Origin: Bacteroidales bacterium
Lineage (GTDB): Bacteria; Bacteroidota; Bacteroidia; Bacteroidales; UBA932
Direction: 5' to 3'
NCBI GenBank assembly: GCA_963677675.1
Contig: OY782180.1
Coordinates: 712,084 to 776,083 of the forward strand
DNA length: 64,000 bases
The notes under the pieces were generated by a model. That model searched no databases and was not told where the DNA came from. It saw nothing but the letters and a program-made list of their open reading frames with translations. The position numbers were made by a program, and so were the translations under genes. Shown in pieces: positions 51,738 through 62,601 of this stretch; the stretch's first letter is position 1, and the number at the start of each line of letters is the position of its first letter.

Positions 51738-54700
51738 ATGACAGAGAGCGAAAATAAAAGAGTAAATATTGTTCTAAAGGAATTCAACATAGGTATGGGG
51801 ACCCTTGCAGATTTTCTTAGAATTAAAAAGATTGACATCGCATTAACACCCACTGCAAAATTAGCACCTGAAGTGTATGCCCTCATTCAGAAAGAGTTTG
51901 GCAAAGAACAGCTTATCAAGGAACAATCCAAGAAGGTAGCGATTACCGTTAAGGATATTACAGATAAAGCAGAACAGCACAAACATGACGAGAGGGACGA
52001 AGATGTTCAGGTGAGAGAGGTATTTATTAAAACCTCTGTAAGCGAGCCGCCTCAACCTAAAATTGTGGGAAAAATGGATCTCGACAAGCCTGTGGCGAAA
52101 GCGGTTCCCCAGCCAATTTCACACCCGGCTCCTCAGCCAGCACCACAGCCAGTTGTAATTCCGCCAGCACCTCAACCTGTGCCTCAACCGCAGCCGGTTG
52201 CAACGCCGGTACAGCAAACCGAGCAAAAACCTGTTTCTAAACCTATAGAACAGCCTGCAATCGCACAACCCGAAGAACAAAAGGTACAACCCGAGGAACC
52301 AAAGGCAAAACCTGAGATTAAACCGGAACCTGAAGTTAAAGCAGAAGCGAAAGTTGAAGCGAAAGAAGCAACTGAAACCAAGCCGGAAGTTGAAACAATA
52401 AAAGTGCCTGAAGTTAAAGCAGAGGCCGAAGTAATAAAAGAACCAGTTCAGGAGATTTTAAATATCGAAGCTCCACGGATTGAAGAGCCTAAAATAATTG
52501 GCAAAATTGATCTTACTCCGCGTAAAAAATCTATTTCACGCAAAGAGGAGAATACATCAGCGCCAAAACACGCACACGGCCCAAAACCGGAATCCGACGT
52601 AAAAGCAAAAGAGACTCCTAAAATCAAACCGGCAGAAGAAGTTCAGGCTCAGGCAGAGCAGGATATTCCGGCGCCTATTGAACACATTGAGACAAAATTT
52701 GAAAAGCTTGCCGGATTGAAGATTAGCGGAAGCATGGATATTACTCAGTTTGAGAAGAAGAAACCGGAGCTTACGTTAAACATAAACAAGGGCAAAAGAG
52801 AAAGAATACATAAAGGCGCCAAGGAGAGAGTCGATCTTAACAAAGAGATTGGCGTAGACCGTAAAGCCGTTGTTAAAAGCGATAACCAGGCAAAGGGGCC
52901 TAAACCTCCTCAGCCAAAAGAGGGACAGGGACCTGCGAAGCATCTGCATGTTCAGAAAGCAAGCAAAGACCGTTTTAAACCGGTAAGAGCAGAAGTTGAC
53001 GAAGATCAGGTACAAAAGCAGATTAAGGAGACCTATGCAAGGATGACCGAGGGGAAAGGAAAAACAAAAGGCTCTAAATACCGCAGAGACAAGAGAGATG
53101 TTGCAAGCCAGAAAATGATGGAGGAGCAGGAGCTTCAGGAGCAGAGTTCTACTATCTTAAAGGTAACGGAATTTGTAACTGTAAACGACCTGTCTGTTAT
53201 GATGGACGTTCCTGTTACAAGGGTTATCGAAGCTTGTATGAATCTTGGTCTTATGGTTTCTATAAACCAGAGACTTGATGCCGAAGCAATGGTTCTTGTG
53301 GCCGAAGAATTCGGATTCACCGTTGAATTTGTTACTGCAGACCTGCAGGGAACGGTTAAGGTAGAAGAAGATTCCGAAGACAAACTCACTGCACGCCCTC
53401 CTATTGTTGCCGTAATGGGACACGTAGACCACGGAAAAACATCCCTGCTCGACTATATCCGTAAAGCAAATGTTATTGCAGGAGAAGCCGGGGGTATTAC
53501 CCAGCATATCGGGGCATACAATGTTATGCTTCCAAGCGGTCAGAGAATTACATTCCTGGATACTCCGGGTCACGAGGCGTTTACAGCAATGCGTGCCCGT
53601 GGAGCGAAAGTGACAGACATTGCAATTATCATTATTGCTGCAGACGATGCCGTGATGCCACAGACACGTGAGGCAATCAACCACGCACAGGCTGCAGGCG
53701 TTCCGATGATTTTTGCAATAAACAAGATAGACAAGCCCGGAGCAAATACAGAAAGGATTCGCGAACAACTCGCAAATATGAACCTTCTTGTTGAGGACTG
53801 GGGCGGAAAATACCAATGTCAGGAAATCTCTGCAAAACAGGGACTGAATGTCGATAAATTGCTTGAAAAAATCCTTCTCGAATCTGAGATGCTCGACCTT
53901 AAGGCAAATCCGGACAAGAGGGCACACGGAACAGTAATTGAATCTTCTCTTGACAAAGGCAGGGGTTACCTTGCAACAGTACTGGTTCATGCAGGAACGA
54001 TGAGAGTTGGGGATATCATCCTCAGCGGAAGTCATACCGGCAAGCTAAAGGCTATGTATAACGAGCGTGGTCAAAAGGTTACCGAAGTGGGACCTTCCAC
54101 TCCTGTATCCATACTTGGTCTTAACGGAGCACCTGCTGCCGGGGAGTTGTTTAATGTAATGGAAGACGAGAAAGAGGCAAGGGACATTGCAAACAAACGC
54201 GAACAGCTCATCCGCATACAGGGAATCAAAACCCAGAAACACATCACTCTTGAGGAAATTGGCCGTCGTATTGCAATCGGAAACTTCCAGGAACTTAATG
54301 TTATCGTGAAAGGCGACGTGGACGGTTCAATTGAAGCTTTATCGGACTCACTTATAAAACTCTCAAACGAAGAGGTTCATGTAAATGTAATTCACAAAGC
54401 TGTTGGAGCCATCTCGGAAAGCGATGTTCTTTTGGCAGCTGCTTCAAATGCAATCATTATCGGATTCCAGGTTCGTCCTTCGTCAAATGCGCGTAAGATT
54501 GCAGAGAAAGAACAAATTGAAATTCGTCTCTACTCTGTAATATATGATGCGATAAACGAAGTGAAAAGCGGTATCGAAGGTATGCTTGCCCCTGAAGAGA
54601 AAGAGGAAATTACAGCAACAACCGAAGTTCGCGAAACATTCAAGATTTCGAAGGTTGGAACAATTGCAGGTTGTATGGTTAAGGAAGGTAAACTCAGCCG

Positions 54701-54902
54701 TAATGCAAAAATCCGCCTTATACGCGATGGTATTGTAATATTCAGCGGATCGCTCGGTTCACTCAAAAGGTTTAAAGACGATGTGAAGGAGGTTGCATCC
54801 GGTTACGACTGCGGTCTTAACATAGACGGGTTCAACGATATTAAGGTTGGCGACATTATCGAAGCCTACACAATAGTTGAAGTGAAGAGAAAACTTTCGT
54901 AA
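51738..54902 (+). CDS. infB: Translation initiation factor IF-2
   Basis: [32 protein letters not shown]; Pro/Glu/Lys-rich N-terminal linker. Confidence 0.99.
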   Translation: MTESENKRVNIVLKEFNIGMGTLADFLRIKKIDIALTPTAKLAPEVYALIQKEFGKEQLIKEQSKKVAITVKDITDKAEQHKHDERDEDVQVREVFIKTSVSEPPQPKIVGKMDLDKPVAKAVPQPISHPAPQPAPQPVVIPPAPQPVPQPQPVATPVQQTEQKPVSKPIEQPAIAQPEEQKVQPEEPKAKPEIKPEPEVKAEAKVEAKEATETKPEVETIKVPEVKAEAEVIKEPVQEILNIEAPRIEEPKIIGKIDLTPRKKSISRKEENTSAPKHAHGPKPESDVKAKETPKIKPAEEVQAQAEQDIPAPIEHIETKFEKLAGLKISGSMDITQFEKKKPELTLNINKGKRERIHKGAKERVDLNKEIGVDRKAVVKSDNQAKGPKPPQPKEGQGPAKHLHVQKASKDRFKPVRAEVDEDQVQKQIKETYARMTEGKGKTKGSKYRRDKRDVASQKMMEEQELQEQSSTILKVTEFVTVNDLSVMMDVPVTRVIEACMNLGLMVSINQRLDAEAMVLVAEEFGFTVEFVTADLQGTVKVEEDSEDKLTARPPIVAVMGHVDHGKTSLLDYIRKANVIAGEAGGITQHIGAYNVMLPSGQRITFLDTPGHEAFTAMRARGAKVTDIAIIIIAADDAVMPQTREAINHAQAAGVPMIFAINKIDKPGANTERIREQLANMNLLVEDWGGKYQCQEISAKQGLNVDKLLEKILLESEMLDLKANPDKRAHGTVIESSLDKGRGYLATVLVHAGTMRVGDIILSGSHTGKLKAMYNERGQKVTEVGPSTPVSILGLNGAPAAGELFNVMEDEKEARDIANKREQLIRIQGIKTQKHITLEEIGRRIAIGNFQELNVIVKGDVDGSIEALSDSLIKLSNEEVHVNVIHKAVGAISESDVLLAAASNAIIIGFQVRPSSNARKIAEKEQIEIRLYSVIYDAINEVKSGIEGMLAPEEKEEITATTEVRETFKISKVGTIAGCMVKEGKLSRNAKIRLIRDGIVIFSGSLGSLKRFKDDVKEVASGYDCGLNIDGFNDIKVGDIIEAYTIVEVKRKLS

Positions 54903-54926
54903 AGTTTTTGAATCAGAAAACGGAAC

Positions 54927-54962
54927 AGAGCCGGGGGTTAAACAATATTAACTTCCGGCTCT
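54927..54962. terminator. Inverted repeat between the convergent infB and murB-fusion genes
   Basis: AGAGCCGG..GTTAA...TTAAC..CCGGCTCT. Confidence 0.5.
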
Positions 54963-57280
54963 ATTTCTATATTGAAACGCTCTTTTACTGCCTGCTGAAT
55001 TTCATGGGCAAGGGCAAGAAGTTCCTCCCCCTTTGCTCCTTCGTATGCAAGAAGAACCAATGGCTGGTTTTCATGAACCCCAACATTCCCAAATCTTTTT
55101 CCCTTAAACCCACAGTTGTCTATGAGCCATGCTGCAGGAACTTTGCAAAAGCCTTTGGCAGCCGGGAATATTTTAAGTGACGGATTGTCTTTCTGAATAG
55201 AGAGGGCAAGCTCTTCATGTATCACCGGATTTTTAAAGAAACTCCCCACGTTCCCAACAACTGCAGGGTCGGGCAGTTTTGTGCGGCGGATGTCAATAAC
55301 AATGTTCCTCACATCATTTATTGTTGGTTGCGCAATGCTTTCCAAAGCGCGGGTGAGATCGGCATAGCTGCTGTTGACAACTGGCACTTTGGACAAAGAG
55401 AACGTTACAAAAGTAATGGCAACTTGTCCTTTAAGTTCATTTTTGAAAATTGAGTCCCTGTATCCGAATTTACATTCTTCTCCTTTGAGACTCTTTACTG
55501 CACCGCCTGCAAGCTCTACAAATTCTACCTTTACAATTGTATCTTTTGCTTCTGATCCGTATGCACCTATATTTTGAACCGGAGCCGCGCCAACACAGCC
55601 CGGAATGAGAGACAAATTCTCAAGCCCGCCCCATCCTCTGTCCACGGCATAAGCAACAAGGTCATCCCACTCCACGCCTGCTCCCACTCTAAGCAAAACA
55701 GTATTTTCATCGTCTCCTGTTATTTTTATCTCCATCATGTCCGGATGAATGAGCAGACCGTTGTAGTCGCCTTTAAACAAAATATTTGAGCCTGACCCTG
55801 TAACCATTTTGTCAATGGATTTAAAGTCCTCAGTTGAAATAAGTTCCTGAAGTTCTTCAACCGATGAAGGAGCGGCATACCAGTCGGCGAGAACCCTGAA
55901 TCCTAAAGTATTAAGCTTCTTTAAATCTTTTTTCCATTCAACTTTGCACGTCATATCTTTTATTCTGTTTTTTATAAGTTCGGCGCCAATTACATTCTGA
56001 GACTCCTTGGCAACGTCCTCTTTTATGTATTTGTGGGTGTATGCAAACCGGCAGATATAGCGCATTATAACAATGAGAAGAAGTATCGCTATGGCTGCAA
56101 TTTCCGAAAAAAGCTGTTCACTTATGAGCCCTTGTGCTGCAAACAGCTCCGGGTCCTCGGTAATGATTCTGTCCAGTTCCTTATTTGGCACCCCGGACAT
56201 CTTCTTTGCAAAGTCTGTCCGCGACCATTTCCCCGTAACAACGCCATCATTGATGTAAACCATTCCGCCGTTGGAACGGTTCATGGAAACGAGGGTTTTT
56301 ATATCTGCATGAAATATCTCAAACGGAATATTGTATCTGGCGGCAATGCTGTCAATATCAGCTGCCGAAGACCCAAAAAGCGCATAATTATGCACGCCTT
56401 TTGCGGCGAGCGAATTATAAAGCCAGGACATGGCCGAAAAGTCTTCTTTCGATAATTTTTCAGGATAAGGAATAGAATATATGAAAACAATTTTTTGAGA
56501 AAGTATCGAGTCGGTAATGTAGTTTCCGTTTCTGTCGGAAATCGCGAAATCGATTATACTGCTTTTTAAAGAGGAGTTTACGGGTGTGCTCTTTGAATCA
56601 ACAAAGGTCCATGTAGAATCGGGGAGGTTGTCCAGCTTGAAGCTCTCTGTTTTCCCGTTTTTGGAGTAATATAAGGTTGTTTCAAATGCAGGTGCCTCCG
56701 GATTTTTGAGACTCAGGATTTCCTCCCTGATATCTGTGCCGACCCTGTACGGAAGGAAGTCTATTACAGGCAAGTGCCTGTATGAATAGACAGAGATAAA
56801 AACAATCATAACCGCATAGACACCAACGAATCCAAGTTCCCAGTTCTTGGGCGCAATAGGGATAAAGTTCCCCCTCTCGAAATAGAGGAAAATTGCAATT
56901 ATGAGTAGTACTATATTTTTATTGAACGTTTGCCAGTTGGTGAGTTTGATTACCTCTCCAAAACATCCGCAATCGGCTATCGGGTCAAAAAGAGCAAGGA
57001 AGAGAGTAAGAATTGTGAAGAAAGATATAAATACAAGAGCAGATTTGCATGCAAACTTCATCCTTAATCCAAGAAGCAGCGAGATACCAATAAGCATCTC
57101 AGCACCGGCAAGGAATGCGCCAAACATCATAGGGATAACAGTTAAGTTTTCAATCCCGACGATTTTGAAATACTCGCTCACAATGAGCCCGCCTCCAACA
57201 GGGTCAATGAGCTTTACAAATCCCGCAAACAGGAAGGTAAAACCCAAAATAAGCCTGGCTAATGCCCTGAATAATTTCAT
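54938..57280 (-). CDS. murB: Fusion of a BT_3928/DoxX(MauE)-family membrane protein (about aa 1-415) and UDP-N-acetylenolpyruvoylglucosamine reductase MurB (about aa 443-780)
   Basis: N-part FAGFVKLIDP, CGCFG, IDFLPYRVG; C-part GSGSNIL, GLENLSLIPGCVGAAPVQNIGAYG, FGYRDSIFK, GSFFKNP, EPEV; no stop codon between them. Confidence 0.9.
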   Translation of the reverse strand: MKLFRALARLILGFTFLFAGFVKLIDPVGGGLIVSEYFKIVGIENLTVIPMMFGAFLAGAEMLIGISLLLGLRMKFACKSALVFISFFTILTLFLALFDPIADCGCFGEVIKLTNWQTFNKNIVLLIIAIFLYFERGNFIPIAPKNWELGFVGVYAVMIVFISVYSYRHLPVIDFLPYRVGTDIREEILSLKNPEAPAFETTLYYSKNGKTESFKLDNLPDSTWTFVDSKSTPVNSSLKSSIIDFAISDRNGNYITDSILSQKIVFIYSIPYPEKLSKEDFSAMSWLYNSLAAKGVHNYALFGSSAADIDSIAARYNIPFEIFHADIKTLVSMNRSNGGMVYINDGVVTGKWSRTDFAKKMSGVPNKELDRIITEDPELFAAQGLISEQLFSEIAAIAILLLIVIMRYICRFAYTHKYIKEDVAKESQNVIGAELIKNRIKDMTCKVEWKKDLKKLNTLGFRVLADWYAAPSSVEELQELISTEDFKSIDKMVTGSGSNILFKGDYNGLLIHPDMMEIKITGDDENTVLLRVGAGVEWDDLVAYAVDRGWGGLENLSLIPGCVGAAPVQNIGAYGSEAKDTIVKVEFVELAGGAVKSLKGEECKFGYRDSIFKNELKGQVAITFVTFSLSKVPVVNSSYADLTRALESIAQPTINDVRNIVIDIRRTKLPDPAVVGNVGSFFKNPVIHEELALSIQKDNPSLKIFPAAKGFCKVPAAWLIDNCGFKGKRFGNVGVHENQPLVLLAYEGAKGEELLALAHEIQQAVKERFNIEIEPEVNIV

Positions 57281-57948
57281 ATCTCAATATGAGTTTTGAT
57301 AAGGTTGAATATATCGGAAGCCGGCAGCATATCTCCATTGCTGTCCGAACACTCTATGCGTACAAACCCGGGGTCGCGTTTACATTCCTTAAGATAACGC
57401 TCACGAACCTCAGACTGGAAATCTATACTTGCCTCGTGAATGTCTTTTTTCCCTTTCAGATATTCTCTGTCGTCACCTGCCCTGCTTTCGCTCAGCTTTT
57501 TATCGACAAAGTTGAGCGGAACGTCCAGAAACAAGTTCAAATCCGGCTTTGGAATAGCAAATTTTGTGTATTCGGTGTCGAATATCCAGTCTCTTAAATT
57601 TTCTGCTTCTTCCTTGTCTTTCACTTTGGCGCACTGGAAAGCAATGTTTGAATAAAGGTACCTGTCAAGAATTACACAATATCCCTCTTTAAGCCATTCC
57701 CTTATCATATCAGCAGCGTCCTTCCTGTCGCCGGCAAAGAGAAGAGCAATTAAATACGGGTGAACCTGCTCTATGCTTCCAAGGTCTCCTCTTAAAAAAC
57801 GGGCTATCAAATCGCCATAAACCGGCGAGTCAAAACGCGGGAAATGAAGATATTTAACTACCACTCCCCTGTCTTCAAAGTATTTTTGCAATAGATTGAT
57901 TTGCGTAGATTTACCAGCTCCGTCCAAACCTTCTAACACTATCAACAT
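57277..57948 (-). CDS. tmk: Thymidylate kinase
   Basis: EGLDGAGKST, FPR, LDRYLYSNIAFQ, PDLNLFLDV. Confidence 0.96.
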   Translation of the reverse strand: MLIVLEGLDGAGKSTQINLLQKYFEDRGVVVKYLHFPRFDSPVYGDLIARFLRGDLGSIEQVHPYLIALLFAGDRKDAADMIREWLKEGYCVILDRYLYSNIAFQCAKVKDKEEAENLRDWIFDTEYTKFAIPKPDLNLFLDVPLNFVDKKLSESRAGDDREYLKGKKDIHEASIDFQSEVRERYLKECKRDPGFVRIECSDSNGDMLPASDIFNLIKTHIEI

Positions 57949-58000
57949 AATAAAAAGCTATATTTGTGTAATGAACAAAGTTAGGTAATTAATAGAATAT

Positions 58001-58840
58001 ATGATAACTATTGAGCAAATTGAGAGCCCGAAAATAATGGGAATAATAAATCTCACTCCTGATTCTTTTTATGAAAAAAGCAGATGTACAACCGATGAGC
58101 AATTTTGCCGCAGGTATGAACAAATGCTTGCCGAAGGGGTAGACATTATTGACATTGGCGCATGCTCAACCCGCCCGGGCTCCAAACCGGTTTCTCAGGA
58201 GGAGGAGTGGGAACTGCTTAAGCCGGCACTCAAACGGGTTTTGCGTGACTACCCGGCATCGGAAATATCAATAGATACCTTTCGTTCTTCCATTGTAGAA
58301 CTTGCATTTGATTTTGTAGGAGACTTCATTGTGAACGACATCTCTGCAGGAGAAGACGACCCCGGTATGCTGCCAATGGTTGCCAAGCTTGAACTTCCAT
58401 ACATAGCAATGCATAAGAGGGGAACACCGGAGACAATGCAGACTCTTTGCCAGTATGATAATGTTACCGAAGATGTGAGAAGTTATTTTCTTGATTTTGT
58501 AAAAAGGGCAAACGACCTTGGAATTAACCAGCTTATTCTGGACCCCGGATTTGGTTTTGCCAAGACGGTAGAACAAAATTATGAGCTTTTCTGCGGCCTC
58601 GACAGAATGAAAATTGAAACAGGAAAAACCCGTAAATACTATCCTGTTCTGGTTGGCATTTCACGGAAAAGTATGATATACCGCTATCTCGGATCAACTC
58701 CCGACGAAGTGCTGCACGCCAATTCGGCCCTTCACCTGCAGGCCCTGCTTAAAGGTGCGGACATACTAAGGGTTCACGATGTGAAAGAGGCTGTTGAAGT
58801 TTTAAAACTATATGAAATAATTACTAAATTTGACGTTTAA
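58001..58840 (+). CDS. folP: Dihydropteroate synthase
   Basis: MGIINLTPDSF, DIGACSTRPG, SIDTF, DPGFGF, SRKS, LRVHDV. Confidence 0.97.
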   Translation: MITIEQIESPKIMGIINLTPDSFYEKSRCTTDEQFCRRYEQMLAEGVDIIDIGACSTRPGSKPVSQEEEWELLKPALKRVLRDYPASEISIDTFRSSIVELAFDFVGDFIVNDISAGEDDPGMLPMVAKLELPYIAMHKRGTPETMQTLCQYDNVTEDVRSYFLDFVKRANDLGINQLILDPGFGFAKTVEQNYELFCGLDRMKIETGKTRKYYPVLVGISRKSMIYRYLGSTPDEVLHANSALHLQALLKGADILRVHDVKEAVEVLKLYEIITKFDV

Positions 58841-58854
58841 ACCACAGCACAAAT

Positions 58855-60198
58855 ATGCAAAATCAAGCTCTCAAAGCCATATCTCCAATTGATGGAAGGT
58901 ATGCAGGCCAAGTTGTTGAATTATCGGATTATTTTTCGGAATACGCTCTTATAAAATACAGAATATATGTTGAGGTAGAGTACTTCGCAGAACTTTGCTC
59001 AATTCCCCTGCCACAGCTAAAAGGCGTTACCGCTAATCAGATTGAACAATTAAGAGACATCTACAGGAACTTCACTGTTGAAAATGCTGTTGAGATAAAG
59101 AATATCGAGAAGACAACAAACCACGATGTTAAGGCGGTGGAGTATTTTATAAAGGGAAAACTCGAGAAGACCGGTCTCTTGAATTACGGAGAATTTATAC
59201 ATTTCGGACTCACATCCCAGGATATAAATAACACTTCTGTCCCGCTTTCACTGATGGAGGGAATAAGGGAAGTCTATCTGCCCAAACTTGAGAGTGTATT
59301 AGACATTCTCATTCACCTTGCAAAAGAGTGGGAAGAGATTCCGATGCTTGCAAAAACTCACGGACAGCCTGCATCTCCCACAAGAGTAGGGAAAGAGATT
59401 AATGTATTTGTTGTGCGCATAAAAGAACAACTTTCCATGCTGGAAAGAGTTCCATTTGCTGCCAAGTTTGGTGGAGCTACCGGCAACTTCAATGCCCATG
59501 CAGCAGCATTTCCGGCAATAGACTGGAACATGTTTGCAATCTCATTTGTTGAGGGAACACTTGGGCTCAAACGCTCATACCCTACTACCCAGATTGAACA
59601 TTACGACTATCTTGCCGCACTGTTCGACAATCTTAAGCGGATTAACACAATCCTTATTGACCTGAGCCGCGATGTATGGAGTTACATATCCATGGAATAT
59701 TTCCGCCAGCGGATAAAAGAGGGTGAAGTTGGTTCTTCGGCAATGCCGCATAAAGTGAATCCAATTGATTTTGAAAATGCAGAAGGCAACCTTGGAGTAG
59801 CGAATGCAATATTTGAGCACCTGGCTGCAAAACTGCCAATCTCCCGCCTGCAGAGGGACCTCACGGACTCAACAGTACTTCGCAATGTAGGCGTTCCAAT
59901 TGCACACACAATAATTTCCCTCAAATCCCTTGAAAAAGGGCTTGGAAAACTGATACTCAACAAGGCAGCAATTGATGCCGACCTTGATTCAAACTGGGCT
60001 GTTGTTTCAGAAGGAATTCAGACAATTCTCCGTCGCGAAAACTACCCGAAACCCTATGAGGCACTTAAGGCACTTACCCGCACAAACAAGCCTATAGACA
60101 AAGAGGCAATTCAGAATTTCATTGACAATCTTGATATTTCCGAATCTGTCCGTAAAGAACTTAAAGCTCTCACACCATTCACATATACCGGAATTTAG
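58855..60198 (+). CDS. purB: Adenylosuccinate lyase
   Basis: SPIDGRY, HFGLTSQD, THGQPASPT, GSSAMPHKVNPIDFEN. Confidence 0.98.
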   Translation: MQNQALKAISPIDGRYAGQVVELSDYFSEYALIKYRIYVEVEYFAELCSIPLPQLKGVTANQIEQLRDIYRNFTVENAVEIKNIEKTTNHDVKAVEYFIKGKLEKTGLLNYGEFIHFGLTSQDINNTSVPLSLMEGIREVYLPKLESVLDILIHLAKEWEEIPMLAKTHGQPASPTRVGKEINVFVVRIKEQLSMLERVPFAAKFGGATGNFNAHAAAFPAIDWNMFAISFVEGTLGLKRSYPTTQIEHYDYLAALFDNLKRINTILIDLSRDVWSYISMEYFRQRIKEGEVGSSAMPHKVNPIDFENAEGNLGVANAIFEHLAAKLPISRLQRDLTDSTVLRNVGVPIAHTIISLKSLEKGLGKLILNKAAIDADLDSNWAVVSEGIQTILRRENYPKPYEALKALTRTNKPIDKEAIQNFIDNLDISESVRKELKALTPFTYTGI

Positions 60199-60212
60199 CT
60201 TAATCTTAAATT

Positions 60213-61505
60213 ATGAAAAAGATATTTTTTGCACTGGTTGCGCTATTGGTAATTGCTCCGTTTTCAACAAAAGCAGAAGGACAAAATTTAAACTACGACA
60301 CCTATTTTACAAAAGACAGGCTCAGGATTGATTTGGTTTTTGCCGGAGATGCACGCGAGCAGAGCATATTTCTTGATGCTTTGCAAAAAGAGGGAGAGTG
60401 GAGCGGTTCAAAAACAAACCTGAACGACAACTTCAACTACGGAGAGTATCGTTACGAGGTTTACACAAAAACCGGCGAGAAAATCTTTTCACAGGGTTTC
60501 AGCACTCTTTTTCAGGAGTGGAGAACCACTGCAGAATCCAAAACAACTCCAAGAGCGTTCACAGGATCATACAGAATTCCGTTTCCCAAAGAACCGGTTA
60601 CAGTAAAGTTCTTTGAAAGGGAAAAATCCAACGGAAAATTTGAATTGCTTTACAGCCTCAACATAGACCCGGCCGACAAAATGATTAGCCGCGAAAAGGA
60701 AAACAACTTTAAGGTTACATCTATACTTAACAGCGGCGACCCGGCTAAAAAGGTTGATATTTTATTTATTGCCGAAGGCTATACAGCCGCAGAAATGGCT
60801 AAGTTCCGCACCGATGCAGCAAAGTTTGCGGGTTACCTTTTTAACATTGAACCATATAAATCCAGAAAATCCGACTTTAATATTTGGGCGGTGGAATCTG
60901 TTTCTCAGGAGTCCGGCCCGGACATTCCTCATCAGGATATATGGAAAAACAGTGTTGCCTCTTCAAATTTCTTTACATTCCGCATAGACAGGTATCTTAC
61001 TGCTCCCGACCATAAAAAAGTATCCCAGATTGCAGCAAATTCGCCATGCGACGCAATGTATGTGATTGTAAACACAAATAAATACGGCGGAGGAGGAGTA
61101 TACAACTTCTACGGTTTGAGCATGTCCGACCACCCTACCGAAGCTGCAGTGTTTGTACACGAGTTTGGCCATAGCTTTGCCGGCCTTGGCGACGAATACT
61201 ATACATCGGATGTTGCATACGAAGATTTTTACAACCTCAAGGTTGAGCCATGGGAACCAAACCTCACAACCCTTGTGAATTTCGAAAAGAAATGGGGCAA
61301 TATGATAGACAGCAATACTCCGCGCCCAACTCCAAACACTCCGGAGTACAAAAACAAAACAGGCGTTTTTGAAGGTGGCGGATATATGGCAAAAGGAATT
61401 TTCCGTCCATGCCTAGATTGCAGGATGAAGACAAATAATGCAGAAGGTTTTTGCCCCGTTTGCACGAAGGCAATAAACGACATGATTGATTTCTACACAA
61501 AATAA
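60213..61505 (+). CDS. Peptidase M64 family (IgA peptidase-like) secreted metalloprotease
   Basis: HEFGHSFAGLGDEY zinc motif, FEGGGY, RPCLDCRM, FCPVC. Confidence 0.93.
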   Translation: MKKIFFALVALLVIAPFSTKAEGQNLNYDTYFTKDRLRIDLVFAGDAREQSIFLDALQKEGEWSGSKTNLNDNFNYGEYRYEVYTKTGEKIFSQGFSTLFQEWRTTAESKTTPRAFTGSYRIPFPKEPVTVKFFEREKSNGKFELLYSLNIDPADKMISREKENNFKVTSILNSGDPAKKVDILFIAEGYTAAEMAKFRTDAAKFAGYLFNIEPYKSRKSDFNIWAVESVSQESGPDIPHQDIWKNSVASSNFFTFRIDRYLTAPDHKKVSQIAANSPCDAMYVIVNTNKYGGGGVYNFYGLSMSDHPTEAAVFVHEFGHSFAGLGDEYYTSDVAYEDFYNLKVEPWEPNLTTLVNFEKKWGNMIDSNTPRPTPNTPEYKNKTGVFEGGGYMAKGIFRPCLDCRMKTNNAEGFCPVCTKAINDMIDFYTK

Positions 61506-62194
61506 TGCTGAAAAAGAATTACCGTTACATACTGTTCGACCTTGACAGGACCCTGTGGGACTTTGACGCAAATGCGGAGAACAACATCAATTCTCTTTTG
61601 GACGAATACATTATTCCAGTAAAGGACAAACATGAATTTTACCGGAAATACAACGAAATAAACCATCTTTTATGGGCCGCGTACGAAAAGGGCGATTTGA
61701 GTAAGGAGATGCTCCGATGGGAGCGGTTTTACCGGACTTTCCTTGAGTATGGAATTGACGACAAGGGGCTTGCAGAGAGATTTGGCGAAGACTATCTTGG
61801 CAATATGCCAAACCAGACAATATTAATGCCCCACGCAGCAGAAGTTCTCATTAAACTACATGAGAGAGGATGCAGGATGGCTGTAATAACAAACGGGTTC
61901 CGCGAGGTTCAGCACAGAAAGCTGGAAAATTCCGGAATAGACAAATACTTCGATGCGGTAATGATTTCAGAAGAACAGGGAGTGCACAAGCCAAGTCCAA
62001 TTATATTCAAGAGGGCACTAAAGGCAATCGGAGGAATAAAAAGCGAAGCTCTTATGGTTGGCGACGATTTTGCAAATGATATTGAAGGTGCAATGATTTT
62101 TGGAATAGACCAGTTTTTCTACAACTATAATTCCGTTCCCTGTGACGGGGGCCCCACGTATGACTCTTCCGACCTTCGGGACCTGGTGCGGTAA
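61505..62194 (+). CDS. YjjG-family HAD nucleotidase
   Basis: FDLDRTLWDF motif I, ITNGF, KPSP, VGDDFANDI. Confidence 0.9.
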   Translation: MLKKNYRYILFDLDRTLWDFDANAENNINSLLDEYIIPVKDKHEFYRKYNEINHLLWAAYEKGDLSKEMLRWERFYRTFLEYGIDDKGLAERFGEDYLGNMPNQTILMPHAAEVLIKLHERGCRMAVITNGFREVQHRKLENSGIDKYFDAVMISEEQGVHKPSPIIFKRALKAIGGIKSEALMVGDDFANDIEGAMIFGIDQFFYNYNSVPCDGGPTYDSSDLRDLVR

Positions 62195-62197
62195 AGA

Positions 62198-62512
62198 CTA
62201 TTTTTTCTCCTTTTTCTTTACAATGTAGAGATCTTCGTCCTCTTCGTGGAAATAGAATTGCTCTCTGGCAAACTTTTCAAGACTGTCTTTGTTTGAACTA
62301 AGCTCCTGAAGCTTTTCCTCTGCCGATTTTATCTCCTGCTTATAATAAGTTTTCTCCTTTTCCTGACGGTTTATGTTTGATCTGATGCTTGACCATTCAA
62401 TAATACTGTTGCTGTCGAAGAAAATAACCCATGCAAAAAAAGCAACGGTAACAAGAAGATACTTGTTCTTTATAATCCTGAATAACCCGGACTCTTTAAA
62501 TCGCTGCCACAT
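62198..62512 (-). CDS. Septum formation initiator (FtsB/DivIC family)
   Basis: Single TM, coiled coil, LEKFAREQF motif. Confidence 0.88.
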   Translation of the reverse strand: MWQRFKESGLFRIIKNKYLLVTVAFFAWVIFFDSNSIIEWSSIRSNINRQEKEKTYYKQEIKSAEEKLQELSSNKDSLEKFAREQFYFHEEDEDLYIVKKKEKK

Positions 62513-62601
62513 TACTTTTTGAAGGGGTTAATTATTAATTTCTACAAAAATAGAAATAATAATTTACTATTTTTGTGAAAACTCGAATCAAATAAAAATT
62601 T

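Noticed and set aside
52110-52460. PQP/PE-rich repeats in infB, considered as a tandem repeat or insertion
   Set aside because: This is ordinary low-complexity IF-2 N-terminal linker.
53157-54035. 292-aa minus-strand ORF
   Set aside because: It lies entirely antisense to the infB G-domain and is a codon-bias shadow with no motifs.
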